A stretch of DNA of 64,000 bases from a bacterium (GTDB taxonomy: Bacteria > Patescibacteriota > CPR2 > UBA1875 > CAIMLA01): positions 26,085-90,084 of the forward strand of contig JBAXUE010000001.1 in assembly GCA_037129835.1 (NCBI GenBank), written 5' to 3'. A program made the translations under genes and the position numbers. This document shows, piece by piece, positions 20,595 through 30,351 of the stretch (positions within the stretch are counted from its first letter, which is position 1; every line of letters starts with the position of its first letter). The notes under the pieces are model-generated. The model did no database searches. It had not been told where the DNA came from and saw only the letters and a program-made list of their open reading frames with translations.

Positions 20595-21719
20595 ATGGCC
20601 GAAAAACGAGATTATTATGAAATTCTAGGTGTACAAAAGAGTGCCACTGATGATGAGATAAAAAAGGCTTATCGTAAGCAAGCGATGAAGCATCACCCCG
20701 ATCGTGGTGGTGGTAAAGAGTCAGAAGAAAACTTCAAACAAGCAAACGAGGCTTATCAGATACTTTCTGATCCACAAAAAAGACAACAGTATGATCAGTT
20801 TGGGCATAACGGTCCTTTTGGTGCCGGGAATGGTCCTGGGGCAAATCCATATGGTGCTGGGGGCCAGCAACCTGGTGGGTTTAACGGGCAGGGCTTTAAT
20901 ATTAATATGGATGACTTAGGAGGGTTTGGTGATATTTTTGAATCATTCTTTGGTGGCGGTGGCGGAGGAGGACGTTCTCGTACGCGAAGAGGTTCTGATA
21001 TTCAGGCTGAAATACGAATCAACTTCGAGGAAGCTGTCTTCGGCGTGGAAAAAGATTTTTCACTACTCAAGATGAATGGTTGTGATAGATGCAAGGGTAA
21101 TGGAGCTGAACCGGGTAGTGGCCAAGTAACTTGTGCTACTTGTCATGGTAAAGGACAAGTACAAACTGAACAACGAACTATCTTCGGGACTTTCGCCCAA
21201 GCCGCTGTTTGCCCAGAATGTCATGGTAAGGGTAAGTTTCCAGAGAAGAAGTGCACCAAATGCCGAGGCGAAGGTAGGTTAAAAGAACAAGTAGTGCTGA
21301 AAGTAAAGATACCTGCCGGAATAGACAATGGTCAGACAATCAAAGTCACGGGTAAGGGAGAGGTGGGAGAGGCTGGAGTTCCAGCGGGCGATTTATATCT
21401 ACTGATCCGTGTTTCAACGGACAAGAGATTCGTTAGAAATGGCTTTAATATAGAAGCGGAAACAGAAATAACCTTCCCGGCGGCAGCTCTCGGGACAACG
21501 GTAGATGTAGAAACCATCGATGGCAAAGTTACTCTCAAAATTCCTGCAGGAACACAAAGTGGCAAAGTATTTAGACTTTCTGAGCGTGGCATCCCTCATC
21601 TCTCTGGTAGGCACAGAGGTGACCACCTAGTGACCATATTAGTACGTACTCCGACTAAGTTATCAGGAAAGCAAAAGAAACTCCTTGAAGAGTTCTCAAA
21701 CGATAAGGGCTGGTTCTAG
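20595..21719 (+). CDS. dnaJ: chaperone DnaJ
   Basis: J-domain HPD, G/F-rich linker, four CxxCxGxG repeats. Confidence 0.95.
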   Translation: MAEKRDYYEILGVQKSATDDEIKKAYRKQAMKHHPDRGGGKESEENFKQANEAYQILSDPQKRQQYDQFGHNGPFGAGNGPGANPYGAGGQQPGGFNGQGFNINMDDLGGFGDIFESFFGGGGGGGRSRTRRGSDIQAEIRINFEEAVFGVEKDFSLLKMNGCDRCKGNGAEPGSGQVTCATCHGKGQVQTEQRTIFGTFAQAAVCPECHGKGKFPEKKCTKCRGEGRLKEQVVLKVKIPAGIDNGQTIKVTGKGEVGEAGVPAGDLYLLIRVSTDKRFVRNGFNIEAETEITFPAAALGTTVDVETIDGKVTLKIPAGTQSGKVFRLSERGIPHLSGRHRGDHLVTILVRTPTKLSGKQKKLLEEFSNDKGWF

Positions 21720-21754
21720 GTATATAAACATACATATATATTGAATAATCGGTA

Positions 21755-21994
21755 TTGCTATACTATAATTTGTTTATGATAAGCAAAGAACTTGAAAATA
21801 AATTAATATTACTTGGGAAAAACTATCCCGGTATTTCAGAAGAGTTAATGAAACGGATAGAGTTTTTTGCTATTCAAATAAATGAGAATCCTAAAGAATT
21901 TGATAACAAGCTCATAGCCCTTATGGGAGCTTTTTCTAATGAAATCGATGAGGCAGACATGGTTCAGTTAAAAAAACAAATTGGAGAAATTTGA
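21755..21994 (+). CDS. hypothetical small protein
   Basis: 79 aa ORF. Weak evidence. Confidence 0.3.
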   Translation: MLYYNLFMISKELENKLILLGKNYPGISEELMKRIEFFAIQINENPKEFDNKLIALMGAFSNEIDEADMVQLKKQIGEI

Positions 21995-24003
21995 TGGCAC
22001 AAGAAGATAATGAGATTCGCGGGGGAAAAACAGAAAAAAGAGAAGCCTCTGCCGAAAAGCCACACATCCAGAGCAAAGAAGAACTAGATAAAGAGATCAA
22101 GGGTGAGATACAAGACAAGTCAGATAGGGCGGAAAGAATAATCCTAGCTGCGCCAATACCGCATTTGGGTGGCGAGGCGGGTCTTGGTTTGGTGGCGGCA
22201 GTTGTCACGGCCAAAGAATGGGTCTCAGAAAAAGCCCCAAACTCTAAAGATGTTGTGAGAAAAGTAGGACTATTTCTTGCTAGTTTGGGTATTGGCGCAG
22301 CCTCTATCGGTGGCATCCAGGCAGGGACGCAAACCGAGAGTAGTAGTGGTGGAGATTATAAACTTTCACCGGAGCCCATAACCGCTATCGCTCCAGAAGG
22401 GACGACGTTCACTGAAACCGATGAACCGATCGCTGTCAGAGTATCCGATATTATGTCTCAAGAAGCTGTTACGCACGAAGGAGTGGTAATGTTTGAGGAT
22501 ATACCTGTCACAGAATCAAACAAAAAAGCTATCGCCGAATCAAAAAAATGGTTAGAAAAAAACGAACATTTACGTGGAGAACAAAGACACGAAGTATTGG
22601 TAGAATATTTGGACCAACAAATGGCTAAAATACAGACAATGATGGAAGGCGGTAGCTCCCAATCAGATATTGTCGAAGTGGCCGCGGAGACTCAGGCCAC
22701 AGCAAATGAATTTAACAGTTTGGTGAAGGCTGGAGATATTACCGACATTTTAGAGGCAGCGGTAAAAGTGGGCCTTGTTTCTCCTGACAAAGCAAAAGCT
22801 GTTGCAAGGGAGTTAACTCAAAAAGGTACAGTCACAGAGATAACTAGGGCTGATGGCTATCAGATAAAAACTGATGATCAGGTTTTTCGACTAACAAAGG
22901 GCGATATGTTCACACAGATAATAGGTAATGCCCCAATGTTTGAGCCGTCGGCGACACCTATTGGGATGCATGAGGGAACAGAGGTCGAAGGTGTTTATGA
23001 TGTCGAAGTAGTTGATCCAGCAAGCGCGGATAAGATCAAGTCAAACGAAGTATTAATGCGTCAGCTGGCAGAGAATAATTGGCCAGAATACCGTGCTTCT
23101 CTGGTGCAAAAAGCGCGACAAGCTGGCGGAGAAATTGATGAAGAGACTGCCAAAGAAGCTTTCATTAAGTTTGTAATAACTCAAGAAAAGCAAACGATAC
23201 CACTAGTAACGAATGACGAAAGAGATGTGCAATTAGACACAAGCGATCTTGAGCTTTTTGGATATCAAATTTCCACAGAATTTCAATTAAAGGAATTATT
23301 GGGGCTGGATATACTCCCAACGATAACCTTTCACGCTGAGAAATTAATTGGCGTTGACGGAAGAATAATCGATATTGGAGGCGACGTAGACGTATTTGGT
23401 GCAAAAATAACTAAAGAAATGTTGTGTAAGGGTAATTTCGGAATATTTCTGCATCTTGCAGATGTAAATATTTATATTCCTCCAGAGGTTGTTAGCAAGT
23501 CTGTAATCACGGGTGATATGAATATCCTTTTACTATTTTTGGCAGCAGCGTTACCTATTGTAGCACTAAGGTTGAGGGCAGAGCCTACGCCGCCAGAAAT
23601 CGTACCGCCAGGTTTTCCACCGGTTAAAGTTCCACCGATAAAGGTTCCCACCCCGAGAATCACTTGGCCAAAGATTCCGCCCACTACGATTGATATTGAA
23701 GGAGAGTTAGGTCTTAGGAGGGTTACTAAGCCAGGAACACCTGGCATAGAAGACGTACCACCAATACCACCTCGAAATCCAAAAGATTTTGATGAGGGCA
23801 GACAAGACATCAGCGGGAAACCAAATAATATTACTCATGGACAAGTTACTACTACTGGCGGTCCTTATACGCCGGGAGGTGTTGAAAAAAACCCTAGTTA
23901 TGGAAGACTAAAAGAGAGTCGGCCAAAAGGGCAAAGAGGTAAATCAGGCGCTAGAAATTATCGAGGCAATCAGAGCGCACAAAAGCAAAATACGGGTAAA
24001 TAA
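21991..24003 (+). CDS. hypothetical membrane-associated protein with proline-rich C-terminal tail
   Basis: 670 aa with several hydrophobic segments. C-terminal PTPPEIVPPGFPPVKVPPIKVPTP. Confidence 0.5.
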   Translation: MMAQEDNEIRGGKTEKREASAEKPHIQSKEELDKEIKGEIQDKSDRAERIILAAPIPHLGGEAGLGLVAAVVTAKEWVSEKAPNSKDVVRKVGLFLASLGIGAASIGGIQAGTQTESSSGGDYKLSPEPITAIAPEGTTFTETDEPIAVRVSDIMSQEAVTHEGVVMFEDIPVTESNKKAIAESKKWLEKNEHLRGEQRHEVLVEYLDQQMAKIQTMMEGGSSQSDIVEVAAETQATANEFNSLVKAGDITDILEAAVKVGLVSPDKAKAVARELTQKGTVTEITRADGYQIKTDDQVFRLTKGDMFTQIIGNAPMFEPSATPIGMHEGTEVEGVYDVEVVDPASADKIKSNEVLMRQLAENNWPEYRASLVQKARQAGGEIDEETAKEAFIKFVITQEKQTIPLVTNDERDVQLDTSDLELFGYQISTEFQLKELLGLDILPTITFHAEKLIGVDGRIIDIGGDVDVFGAKITKEMLCKGNFGIFLHLADVNIYIPPEVVSKSVITGDMNILLLFLAAALPIVALRLRAEPTPPEIVPPGFPPVKVPPIKVPTPRITWPKIPPTTIDIEGELGLRRVTKPGTPGIEDVPPIPPRNPKDFDEGRQDISGKPNNITHGQVTTTGGPYTPGGVEKNPSYGRLKESRPKGQRGKSGARNYRGNQSAQKQNTGK

Positions 24004-24019
24004 TAAAAAGGAGAACATA

Positions 24020-24517
24020 ATGGCAGAACAAAATAGTCCCAGTCCTGAAGGTTCAGAAAACTGGCACCCAACAGAGGCATTTGAGGCAGATGGGCAGAAT
24101 GCAGGTAAAATAAAAGATGTAGAGCTCGCACAATCGCTGGCAGAAAGCGAAGAGAAAATTCGCTATCCAAAAGGACTGAATAGAATATTTTCAGAGATGG
24201 ACCATGAAACCATGATTATAATCGACAGATTAGCTGGTAAATTTTTTCCTGACATAGAGCCAAGAACATTTGAAGAAACCAGAGAAGAAAGGGCAAAAGA
24301 CTTTATCAACGGTATTTTATATCGTGAACTTCTCGACAGAGCTATGGAGAAAAAAGTCAAAGATAATGCCAAGACAAAGGCCTATACTTCTTGGAACGCA
24401 CTTCGAGACGCAACACTAGAAGTAGATCAGGCAATCGAAGAGGCAACCCACGCACGTAGAGAGCAATCTAACATAAGAAATAAAGAAAAAGCGGAAGCTT
24501 TCCGAGAGGCAGCTTAA
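24020..24517 (+). CDS. hypothetical protein
   Basis: 165 aa. RBS aaggag upstream. Confidence 0.45.
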   Translation: MAEQNSPSPEGSENWHPTEAFEADGQNAGKIKDVELAQSLAESEEKIRYPKGLNRIFSEMDHETMIIIDRLAGKFFPDIEPRTFEETREERAKDFINGILYRELLDRAMEKKVKDNAKTKAYTSWNALRDATLEVDQAIEEATHARREQSNIRNKEKAEAFREAA

Positions 24518-24596
24518 GTCTATATACTTTTCAAGGAATTCTAGAATATTGTTCACGGGATAATAAAACAATTTAATGCAGTATTTGAGGCGGTAA

Positions 24597-25784
24597 ATGG
24601 TAGTAATCGATGAACCACAAAACATAGAGAATAGTGATAATGAGCCGAATTTAGAAGGGAATCCACCGCCAGCTATTCCATATCCTACACCTCAAGTTGA
24701 AGCTCTGCCACCCACAACACTACCCGTCGCCGAGTTTAGCAATTTTGGAATATCTAGTAATGAAAGTTTTAGTTCAGAAATAGATGGGTCGTCAAATCAA
24801 CATAAATTTATAAAAAACATGCTGACCTTTTTATTTATTACATTATTTTTATTTTTTTCCGCGAATCTAGTAATATCTATTGCCATTCAACTTATGCTGG
24901 GTCAAATAAGGGGCGATATATCTTTTATGTACAAAGAGTTACCTTTATACTTTTTTCTTCTATTACCAATTTCTGTACTTCCCGTATCCTTGTTTTACAT
25001 TCTGATGAAAGTCAGAAATATGTCCAAAAAATCATGGATGTCGGCTGTAATCTTCCTGCCGATTCTGCTTCTCGCATATTTTTTATGCCTATTTAATCTA
25101 CAACAATTGATGAATAAAATGGCCACGATGGCGGGCGGCACGTCGAATTCTACCATTGGTATCAATAAGATAATATTAGGAGGCGGATCATATATTATAT
25201 TTGCTGCGTTGGCATTATCTGCTTGTATATTAGTTATAAATTACAAAAAATTTATAAATGAGGACAACAAAATACACAAGAAAGGTATAATATTTACCTT
25301 CATATTAGGGTTTTTAACAATTGGAATTACAGTTATTTTTGTTGGCAACGCATGGCTTGGCTCTTACGAAAAACCATTTATTGGTTATTCAAAGGCGGAG
25401 AAAGTACTAGGAAAAAATCCCGTATATTTCAGTTATTTACCAGCGGGTATTATTTTGGATACAGCAATTAGCTTCGTAAGTACAAATACCCTTAATATTT
25501 TATTTAGTAACCCAGACAATCTGGTTGACACGGAAAAGAAGATAATTGTGATCGAAAAAGATAAAGATAAGTATATCGAAAGTAAACCAAACAGCACCTG
25601 GACGACAAAAGACGTCCTTAGAAAAGGAATAAAATATAACATCAGCAGTAAGAATACTGATTCTGATAGCACAATGACTGTTATGAATTTTGAGAAAAAT
25701 AGTTTATCGTTATCGTTGATGACTTTGGATAATACATATATAACTCAAGAAGAATTATTCAAGGTGGCTGAGTCGGCATATTAG
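24597..25784 (+). CDS. polytopic membrane protein
   Basis: 395 aa with at least six hydrophobic segments after a Pro-rich N-terminus. Confidence 0.5.
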   Translation: MVVIDEPQNIENSDNEPNLEGNPPPAIPYPTPQVEALPPTTLPVAEFSNFGISSNESFSSEIDGSSNQHKFIKNMLTFLFITLFLFFSANLVISIAIQLMLGQIRGDISFMYKELPLYFFLLLPISVLPVSLFYILMKVRNMSKKSWMSAVIFLPILLLAYFLCLFNLQQLMNKMATMAGGTSNSTIGINKIILGGGSYIIFAALALSACILVINYKKFINEDNKIHKKGIIFTFILGFLTIGITVIFVGNAWLGSYEKPFIGYSKAEKVLGKNPVYFSYLPAGIILDTAISFVSTNTLNILFSNPDNLVDTEKKIIVIEKDKDKYIESKPNSTWTTKDVLRKGIKYNISSKNTDSDSTMTVMNFEKNSLSLSLMTLDNTYITQEELFKVAESAY

Positions 25785-25785
25785 A

Positions 25786-26427
25786 TTATACAAGCCCTTG
25801 ATTATCGGTAATAATACCCGATACATTCCTCATATTTTGTATTAATGCGAGATCTTCTTTGGTTTTAACATCCCAAATAATTATTTCTTTATCAAATATA
25901 GAAAATAGTAGAGATAATTTATTTAATAAACTATATTTAGGTACAAACAACTCGAAAAAAGGCAGATATAGTAGATTTTTGATAAATCTCTCAGATAACA
26001 ATAAACCTACTTTGATAGAGGGGAATTCCTTATTAATCTTCTTTAATGATTTTGGATAGAAAGAAGAAATAATATATCCTTCGTTTTTAATATATTTTTG
26101 AGTTAAATTAATGACTTCAGCTTCGTATCCAACCTCTTTTAGCTCAATATCTAACTTTATTTTATGAGCTACGAGCTTAAGAGTATCTTCAAGTGTTGGT
26201 ATGTCTGGGTATAGTTTCTGTAATTCGTTTAGCGTTAAATCGCATAGCTTAGCATTCTCTAATTTTTCATCGTGGAAAACTACTAGAGTGCTATCTTTGA
26301 GCCTTCTTACGTCAAGTTCTATTCCATAAAAGCCAGACTTTATCGCCGTTTCAAAGGCAGCGAGGGAATTTTCGGCTTCTGTTTCATGAGCACCCCGATG
26401 TGCATATTTGTTCATTTGTTTTTCCAA
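25786..26427 (-). CDS. glycerophosphodiester phosphodiesterase (GDPD) family
   Basis: YAHRGAHETEAENSL...ELDVRRLKD...VFHD motifs. Confidence 0.75.
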   Translation of the reverse strand: MEKQMNKYAHRGAHETEAENSLAAFETAIKSGFYGIELDVRRLKDSTLVVFHDEKLENAKLCDLTLNELQKLYPDIPTLEDTLKLVAHKIKLDIELKEVGYEAEVINLTQKYIKNEGYIISSFYPKSLKKINKEFPSIKVGLLLSERFIKNLLYLPFFELFVPKYSLLNKLSLLFSIFDKEIIIWDVKTKEDLALIQNMRNVSGIITDNQGLV

Positions 26428-27176
26428 GAAGTCTCAAAGAAAGCCTTGATTGCAAAGAATACCAAAGTGTCGTCGATGGTAAAGCCATAAGGCTCTTTTT
26501 TGTTGTATTTGATAAAGGTAACATTGTCGTCGTAAATGAATATATCCATATTCCGTGGCATCCCCGGCATATCAACATATTTCTTTTTCCATAGTAGCTT
26601 TGCAAGCACTTTTGGGTCGTGTTTCGTGTCTGTATTGATAATCTCTCTTATCTCGATGTTTTTCGCGATTCTCTCAGGCCGAAATTTTCTCTCTAACCAT
26701 GCCTCGAGGTAAGTGTTTTTGCCTTGCTCTGAAAGGATTAACAGTAGTTCACTGGGATGTTTTTTAAGCATGTCTGTATATAGCTTTTGGACTCCTTCTA
26801 TACCGTAAAGAACGTGTATCCCAGGCCGATCCTTGGCTAGGCTGTAGAGGCTTTTTAGTTCTGGCATGGCATCGTTTAGGTCCTCTCGGTAGGTTTCTAA
26901 AAGTCTTATGTTGTCGGTACATAGCTGAGTGAGTATCTCCGGGTCTTCAGGATTATAGCGAATCTTGTTGTGCCTTGCATCTTTCTTTACGACACCTTTC
27001 TTCTCTAGGTTAGCAAGTATGATGTAAGCATTTTGTCGAGAAACTTTCATTCTCTCGGCTATTTCTGGTGGAGTTAGTTCGCCATTTTCTAGAAGGAGCC
27101 GATAGCACTCAGCCTCGCTTTCGGCTAATCCAGCCATTTCAAAGATATCTTTTTTCATAAAAGTAGCATAGCACAT
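26412..27176 (-). CDS. winged-helix transcriptional regulator (TrmB/MarR-like HTH)
   Basis: N-terminal LAESEAECYRLLLENGELTPPEIAERMKVSRQNAYIILANLEKKGVV. Confidence 0.55.
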   Translation of the reverse strand: MCYATFMKKDIFEMAGLAESEAECYRLLLENGELTPPEIAERMKVSRQNAYIILANLEKKGVVKKDARHNKIRYNPEDPEILTQLCTDNIRLLETYREDLNDAMPELKSLYSLAKDRPGIHVLYGIEGVQKLYTDMLKKHPSELLLILSEQGKNTYLEAWLERKFRPERIAKNIEIREIINTDTKHDPKVLAKLLWKKKYVDMPGMPRNMDIFIYDDNVTFIKYNKKEPYGFTIDDTLVFFAIKAFFETSWKNK

Positions 27177-27258
27177 AGTGGGTTAAAATGTCAACAGTCA
27201 AAGTGACAAACCAGTACATTATACCCTTTTCCCATAAGCTCACCAATCAAATATAATA

Positions 27259-27286
27259 TTGACATAGAGCCAAAAGGGAGTATAAT
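27259..27286 (+). promoter_or_regulatory. near-consensus sigma70 promoter (TTGACA-16-TATAAT) reading into the GC-rich island
   Basis: Seen directly. Followed by imperfect palindromes and a GGGCGG/CCGCCC hairpin before the first island gene. Confidence 0.5.
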
Positions 27287-27462
27287 ACATCACTGTAATA
27301 TCTGTCATAGGCAAATGTTACATACCTTGACAATAGAATAATCAAATAGGTGGTACCTACTGCCGACGGGTCGAACGAATTCATCGATCCATCGGTGGTA
27401 GGTAAGGGGCCTACACTAAAACAGAAGGGCGGGGGACCGCCCAGACAACGAAGGGAGTGGCA

Positions 27463-27837
27463 ATGAAAACCACTCTGTACGTAATCGCCGCGTTCGTCGC
27501 GGTGACAGTTCTGATAGTCGTCCTCATGATGTGGACGACCGGCTTGGAGCTCTTTGGGCTCCAGCTGGGAAAGCACGTGACCAACGCGGAAACGCAGGTC
27601 ATGAGGCAGACCCAGCAGTACAGAACCACCCAGGAGACCAAGTTGGCCGACTGGATGGCGTCGTACGATGACGCCGAGAAGCAGATCGCACTCGTAAAGG
27701 ACGATCCCGAGGCTGTCGCCACTCTCCGTGCCAATCAGGCCGGAATTGTGCGTCAGATGAAGGTATTCGTTTCTAGCGGGCAGATCGCGAAGGAGAACGT
27801 GCCGACAGACGTCCAGGAGTTCCTAGCGTCCCACTAG
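27463..27837 (+). CDS. N-terminally membrane-anchored protein (island gene 1)
   Basis: SD gaagggag 5 nt before the ATG. One TM segment then a polar domain. GC about 55%. Confidence 0.45.
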   Translation: MKTTLYVIAAFVAVTVLIVVLMMWTTGLELFGLQLGKHVTNAETQVMRQTQQYRTTQETKLADWMASYDDAEKQIALVKDDPEAVATLRANQAGIVRQMKVFVSSGQIAKENVPTDVQEFLASH

Positions 27838-27856
27838 TTCCGAAGGAGGAACAAAC

Positions 27857-28459
27857 ATGAAGCGTTTCATTACGCTTGCAATCGTTGTTATGCTGGCGCT
27901 TTCGGCTCTTGCTCTCACCGGTTGTGACGAGCAGGTTGACAATTCGTCCGCCACCACCAAGGAGGCGGCGATAGTCAACTCTCAGGATTCGGTCTATGCC
28001 AAGGGGCAGCCGATTCCGAGGTTCGACTACTCGATTCCGAGAGATCTCTTCACACAGTTCTACAAGTTCCAGACTCAGGAGGGCATCAACACTTACAGTG
28101 TGGTGTCTGACATCAACGGCAACGTGTACTATGAGGGCCCCACGATGGGGTACCCTATTCCGTACAACAGCCAGTTGACCAACCCGGAGAAGACCGAGGT
28201 CCATGAGGGCAACTACAATGGCGGAAACGTCACGTTGCCCCAGAGTGAACCGAACGGTCTCTACACTTCGCCGACAACGAACGCCACAATAGTGATGTTC
28301 ATCGATCCGGCGACCGGTAAGCTGATGCCTGTCTACACTGAGCTCAATGTGACGTGCTTCCCCTTTACGGTGAAGAAAACGGCTACAACGAGCACAGTGT
28401 ACCAGAAGAGCGGGTCTCCGACCGCGCTCCTTGCCCCCAAGGGCAAGACGACCAAGTAG
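27857..28459 (+). CDS. lipoprotein (lipobox LALTGC)
   Basis: MKRFITLAIVVMLALSALALTGCDEQ. SD gaaggagg. Confidence 0.55.
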   Translation: MKRFITLAIVVMLALSALALTGCDEQVDNSSATTKEAAIVNSQDSVYAKGQPIPRFDYSIPRDLFTQFYKFQTQEGINTYSVVSDINGNVYYEGPTMGYPIPYNSQLTNPEKTEVHEGNYNGGNVTLPQSEPNGLYTSPTTNATIVMFIDPATGKLMPVYTELNVTCFPFTVKKTATTSTVYQKSGSPTALLAPKGKTTK

Positions 28460-28636
28460 TTCCCCTATAGGGTAAGACCGTAAGGTCGAACCCTACCACC
28501 ACCATGGGGCTCGGTGCATCATTTGCGCCGGGCCTCAGTTCCTTATTATGTATCTTTGTAGATAGGAGGACACCTACCTCTCCTCCTATCCGCACGGATG
28601 CGGAAAACAAAAAACGATCCCCAGAAAGGGGGCACC

Positions 28637-28780
28637 ATGTTCTGGTTTATCCTGAGCTTGGCCGCTGCAGTATTGTGCGGTTGGACTGGCTATAAGGGTA
28701 AGCTCGCGTATAATTTGTTACTCTCTGGAGCTAACTTTTTTTTCGCGGGCTACCAGCTGGCAGTATTGTTGGCTCGTTAA
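28637..28780 (+). CDS. small hydrophobic peptide (about 47 aa), cassette A
   Basis: MFWFILSLAAAVLCGW...GYQLAVLLAR. SD aaggggg. Preceded by the CCGCACGGATGCGG hairpin. Confidence 0.35.
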   Translation: MFWFILSLAAAVLCGWTGYKGKLAYNLLLSGANFFFAGYQLAVLLAR

Positions 28781-29163
28781 CTGACACCGATTGAGGCCAA
28801 AATAGCCTCAGAAACGGAGGGCCAAATTGCCCTAGTACGGGTCCTATCCGCTCGGACCAAAAAATATAGCGGGTAATGTATCCGATGCATTGAGGTGGTT
28901 TATATCGGAATCGATTTATTAAACCACTAAGGCCACCCTTGAGGTGCGTCTGCTTCGGCAGAGAGTGATACTCCCTCATCGACACAGAGATATGACTACT
29001 AACCCACAAGGTTAGTCTCTGAGAAGAAAAGTCGGGGGTGCGTTTGAGTGATGAGCTCAACCACCCCATTCCTATTATCTATTCGGATTATAGAACAACT
29101 TGTTTTATAACCCGCACGGATGCGGGAACAGACAAAAACACCAAAACCTCGGAGGGAGGTAGT

Positions 29164-29325
29164 ATGTTTAGTCTGCACATGGCTATGATCATGGTTGCTC
29201 TGACTGTTTATCAGTTCAGGAGTGCCATGAAAAGTGGTCGTACCTGGGATTGGTTCTGGGCAGTCTGGAATGCCTTTCTTGTGGGGGTTAACCTCATGTT
29301 GGGTATTTACCAGCTGACCAGGTAG
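29164..29325 (+). CDS. small hydrophobic peptide (about 53 aa), cassette B (paralog of A)
   Basis: MFSLHMAMIMVALTV...GIYQLTR. SD ggagggagg. Preceded by CCCGCACGGATGCGGG and followed by the 62-nt repeat. Confidence 0.35.
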   Translation: MFSLHMAMIMVALTVYQFRSAMKSGRTWDWFWAVWNAFLVGVNLMLGIYQLTR

Positions 29326-29338
29326 CCAAACCTGGTAC

Positions 29339-29400
29339 CCGCCTGTCACTGGGCGGTAGTGAAAGTAGTCGCTGGCTGATGTGGCTACAAAGAATACAGT
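29339..29400 (+). repeat. about 62-nt direct repeat copy 1 (CCGCC-tgtcactg-GGCGG hairpin plus conserved tail)
   Basis: About 90% identical to 29642-29703, including a perfect 27-mer atgtggctacaaagaatacagtgaaaa. Confidence 0.6.
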
Positions 29401-29441
29401 GAAAATGCAAATGTACCTTCATTCACCATTAGGAGGTGGAA

Positions 29442-29636
29442 ATGTACCAAGATAAGAACAACGAGGACATTGATATCACGGCTGAGATAATCAGATTCGT
29501 GGTCTCACTGGGACTCTCGTGGGGTCTTATCTGGGGCGTAGGGCGTATTTTCGGGATTGATTTCTCGTCAATTGCCTACGCGGTCTCGGTAGGTACCCTG
29601 GTAGGGATTACCTACAGCCGTTTACGCCGGAGATAA
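29442..29636 (+). CDS. small membrane peptide (about 64 aa)
   Basis: SD aggaggtgg. Followed immediately by repeat copy 2. Confidence 0.35.
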   Translation: MYQDKNNEDIDITAEIIRFVVSLGLSWGLIWGVGRIFGIDFSSIAYAVSVGTLVGITYSRLRRR

Positions 29637-29641
29637 TTCTC

Positions 29642-29703
29642 CCCGCCTGTCACTGGGCGGTATCGAAAGTAGTTGCTAGCTAATGTGGCTACAAAGAATA
29701 CAG
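29642..29703 (+). repeat. about 62-nt direct repeat copy 2
   Basis: See copy 1. Confidence 0.6.
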
Positions 29704-29877
29704 TGAAAAAGCACATAGCCTGACTTCCTGCTTGATTAATCTTGCAGGGAGTTGGGTTGTTCCATTCTCAATTGCGATTAGTAAGCTGAATATATCTTAT
29801 CTGATATAGACAGCTTACTGGCTGTAAAGTCAGTACCATACCGCCCCAGCGGAAAGCTATCCTCAGTAATGAGAAGA

Positions 29878-29932
29878 GTGAATAGTGAAATATGAAGGCG
29901 ACTAAAAATCGTATTCATATTTCACTATTCAC
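29878..29932. repeat. 19-bp perfect inverted repeat gtgaatagtgaaatatgaa / ttcatatttcactattcac with 17-nt spacer
   Basis: Seen directly. Exact reverse-complement arms. Confidence 0.7.
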
Positions 29933-30351
29933 AATGGGGCCCCACACTACAAGGGGAGAGGGGGGATCCTAACAGAAGGAGTCGCTAGCCAAATAGTCTA
30001 GTATCCGACTCTAGAAGTTAGGGCGCAACCAAGTGTAGTCGTCGTTAGCAGTATTGCGACGTAAAATATTCTTCTGCAAATGCCCCCGACGGGGCACAAG
30101 CGGTTTTTACACCACCGCTTAATCAAAAAGTGTAGCGTGGTACGCTACCACGATAAATACATGCTAAGCCCAGCGTTCCTGATTTGGGGGCGCTTGGCCT
30201 TTCCTTGTCACCAGCAAAGCGTTTCCATATATTGTTCGAGATTTGTCGAGAACTACAGTTCATGAATAAATAAGAAACTTTATAAGGGGATACCTTGCTG
30301 CTAACAAGCAGAAGGAAAGCAGGCCAAAATAGCCTGTGATTACGATTCACC

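Noticed and set aside
21936-22316. 126-aa minus ORF
   Set aside because: It overlaps the start of the 670-aa + strand gene. It is Ala/Pro/Ser-rich antisense translation.
29338-29720. Possible CRISPR array or integron attC sites
   Set aside because: There are only two copies of the about 62-nt repeat. There is no regular repeat-spacer periodicity, and no GTTRRRY core or integrase. It is better described as a duplicated regulatory module.
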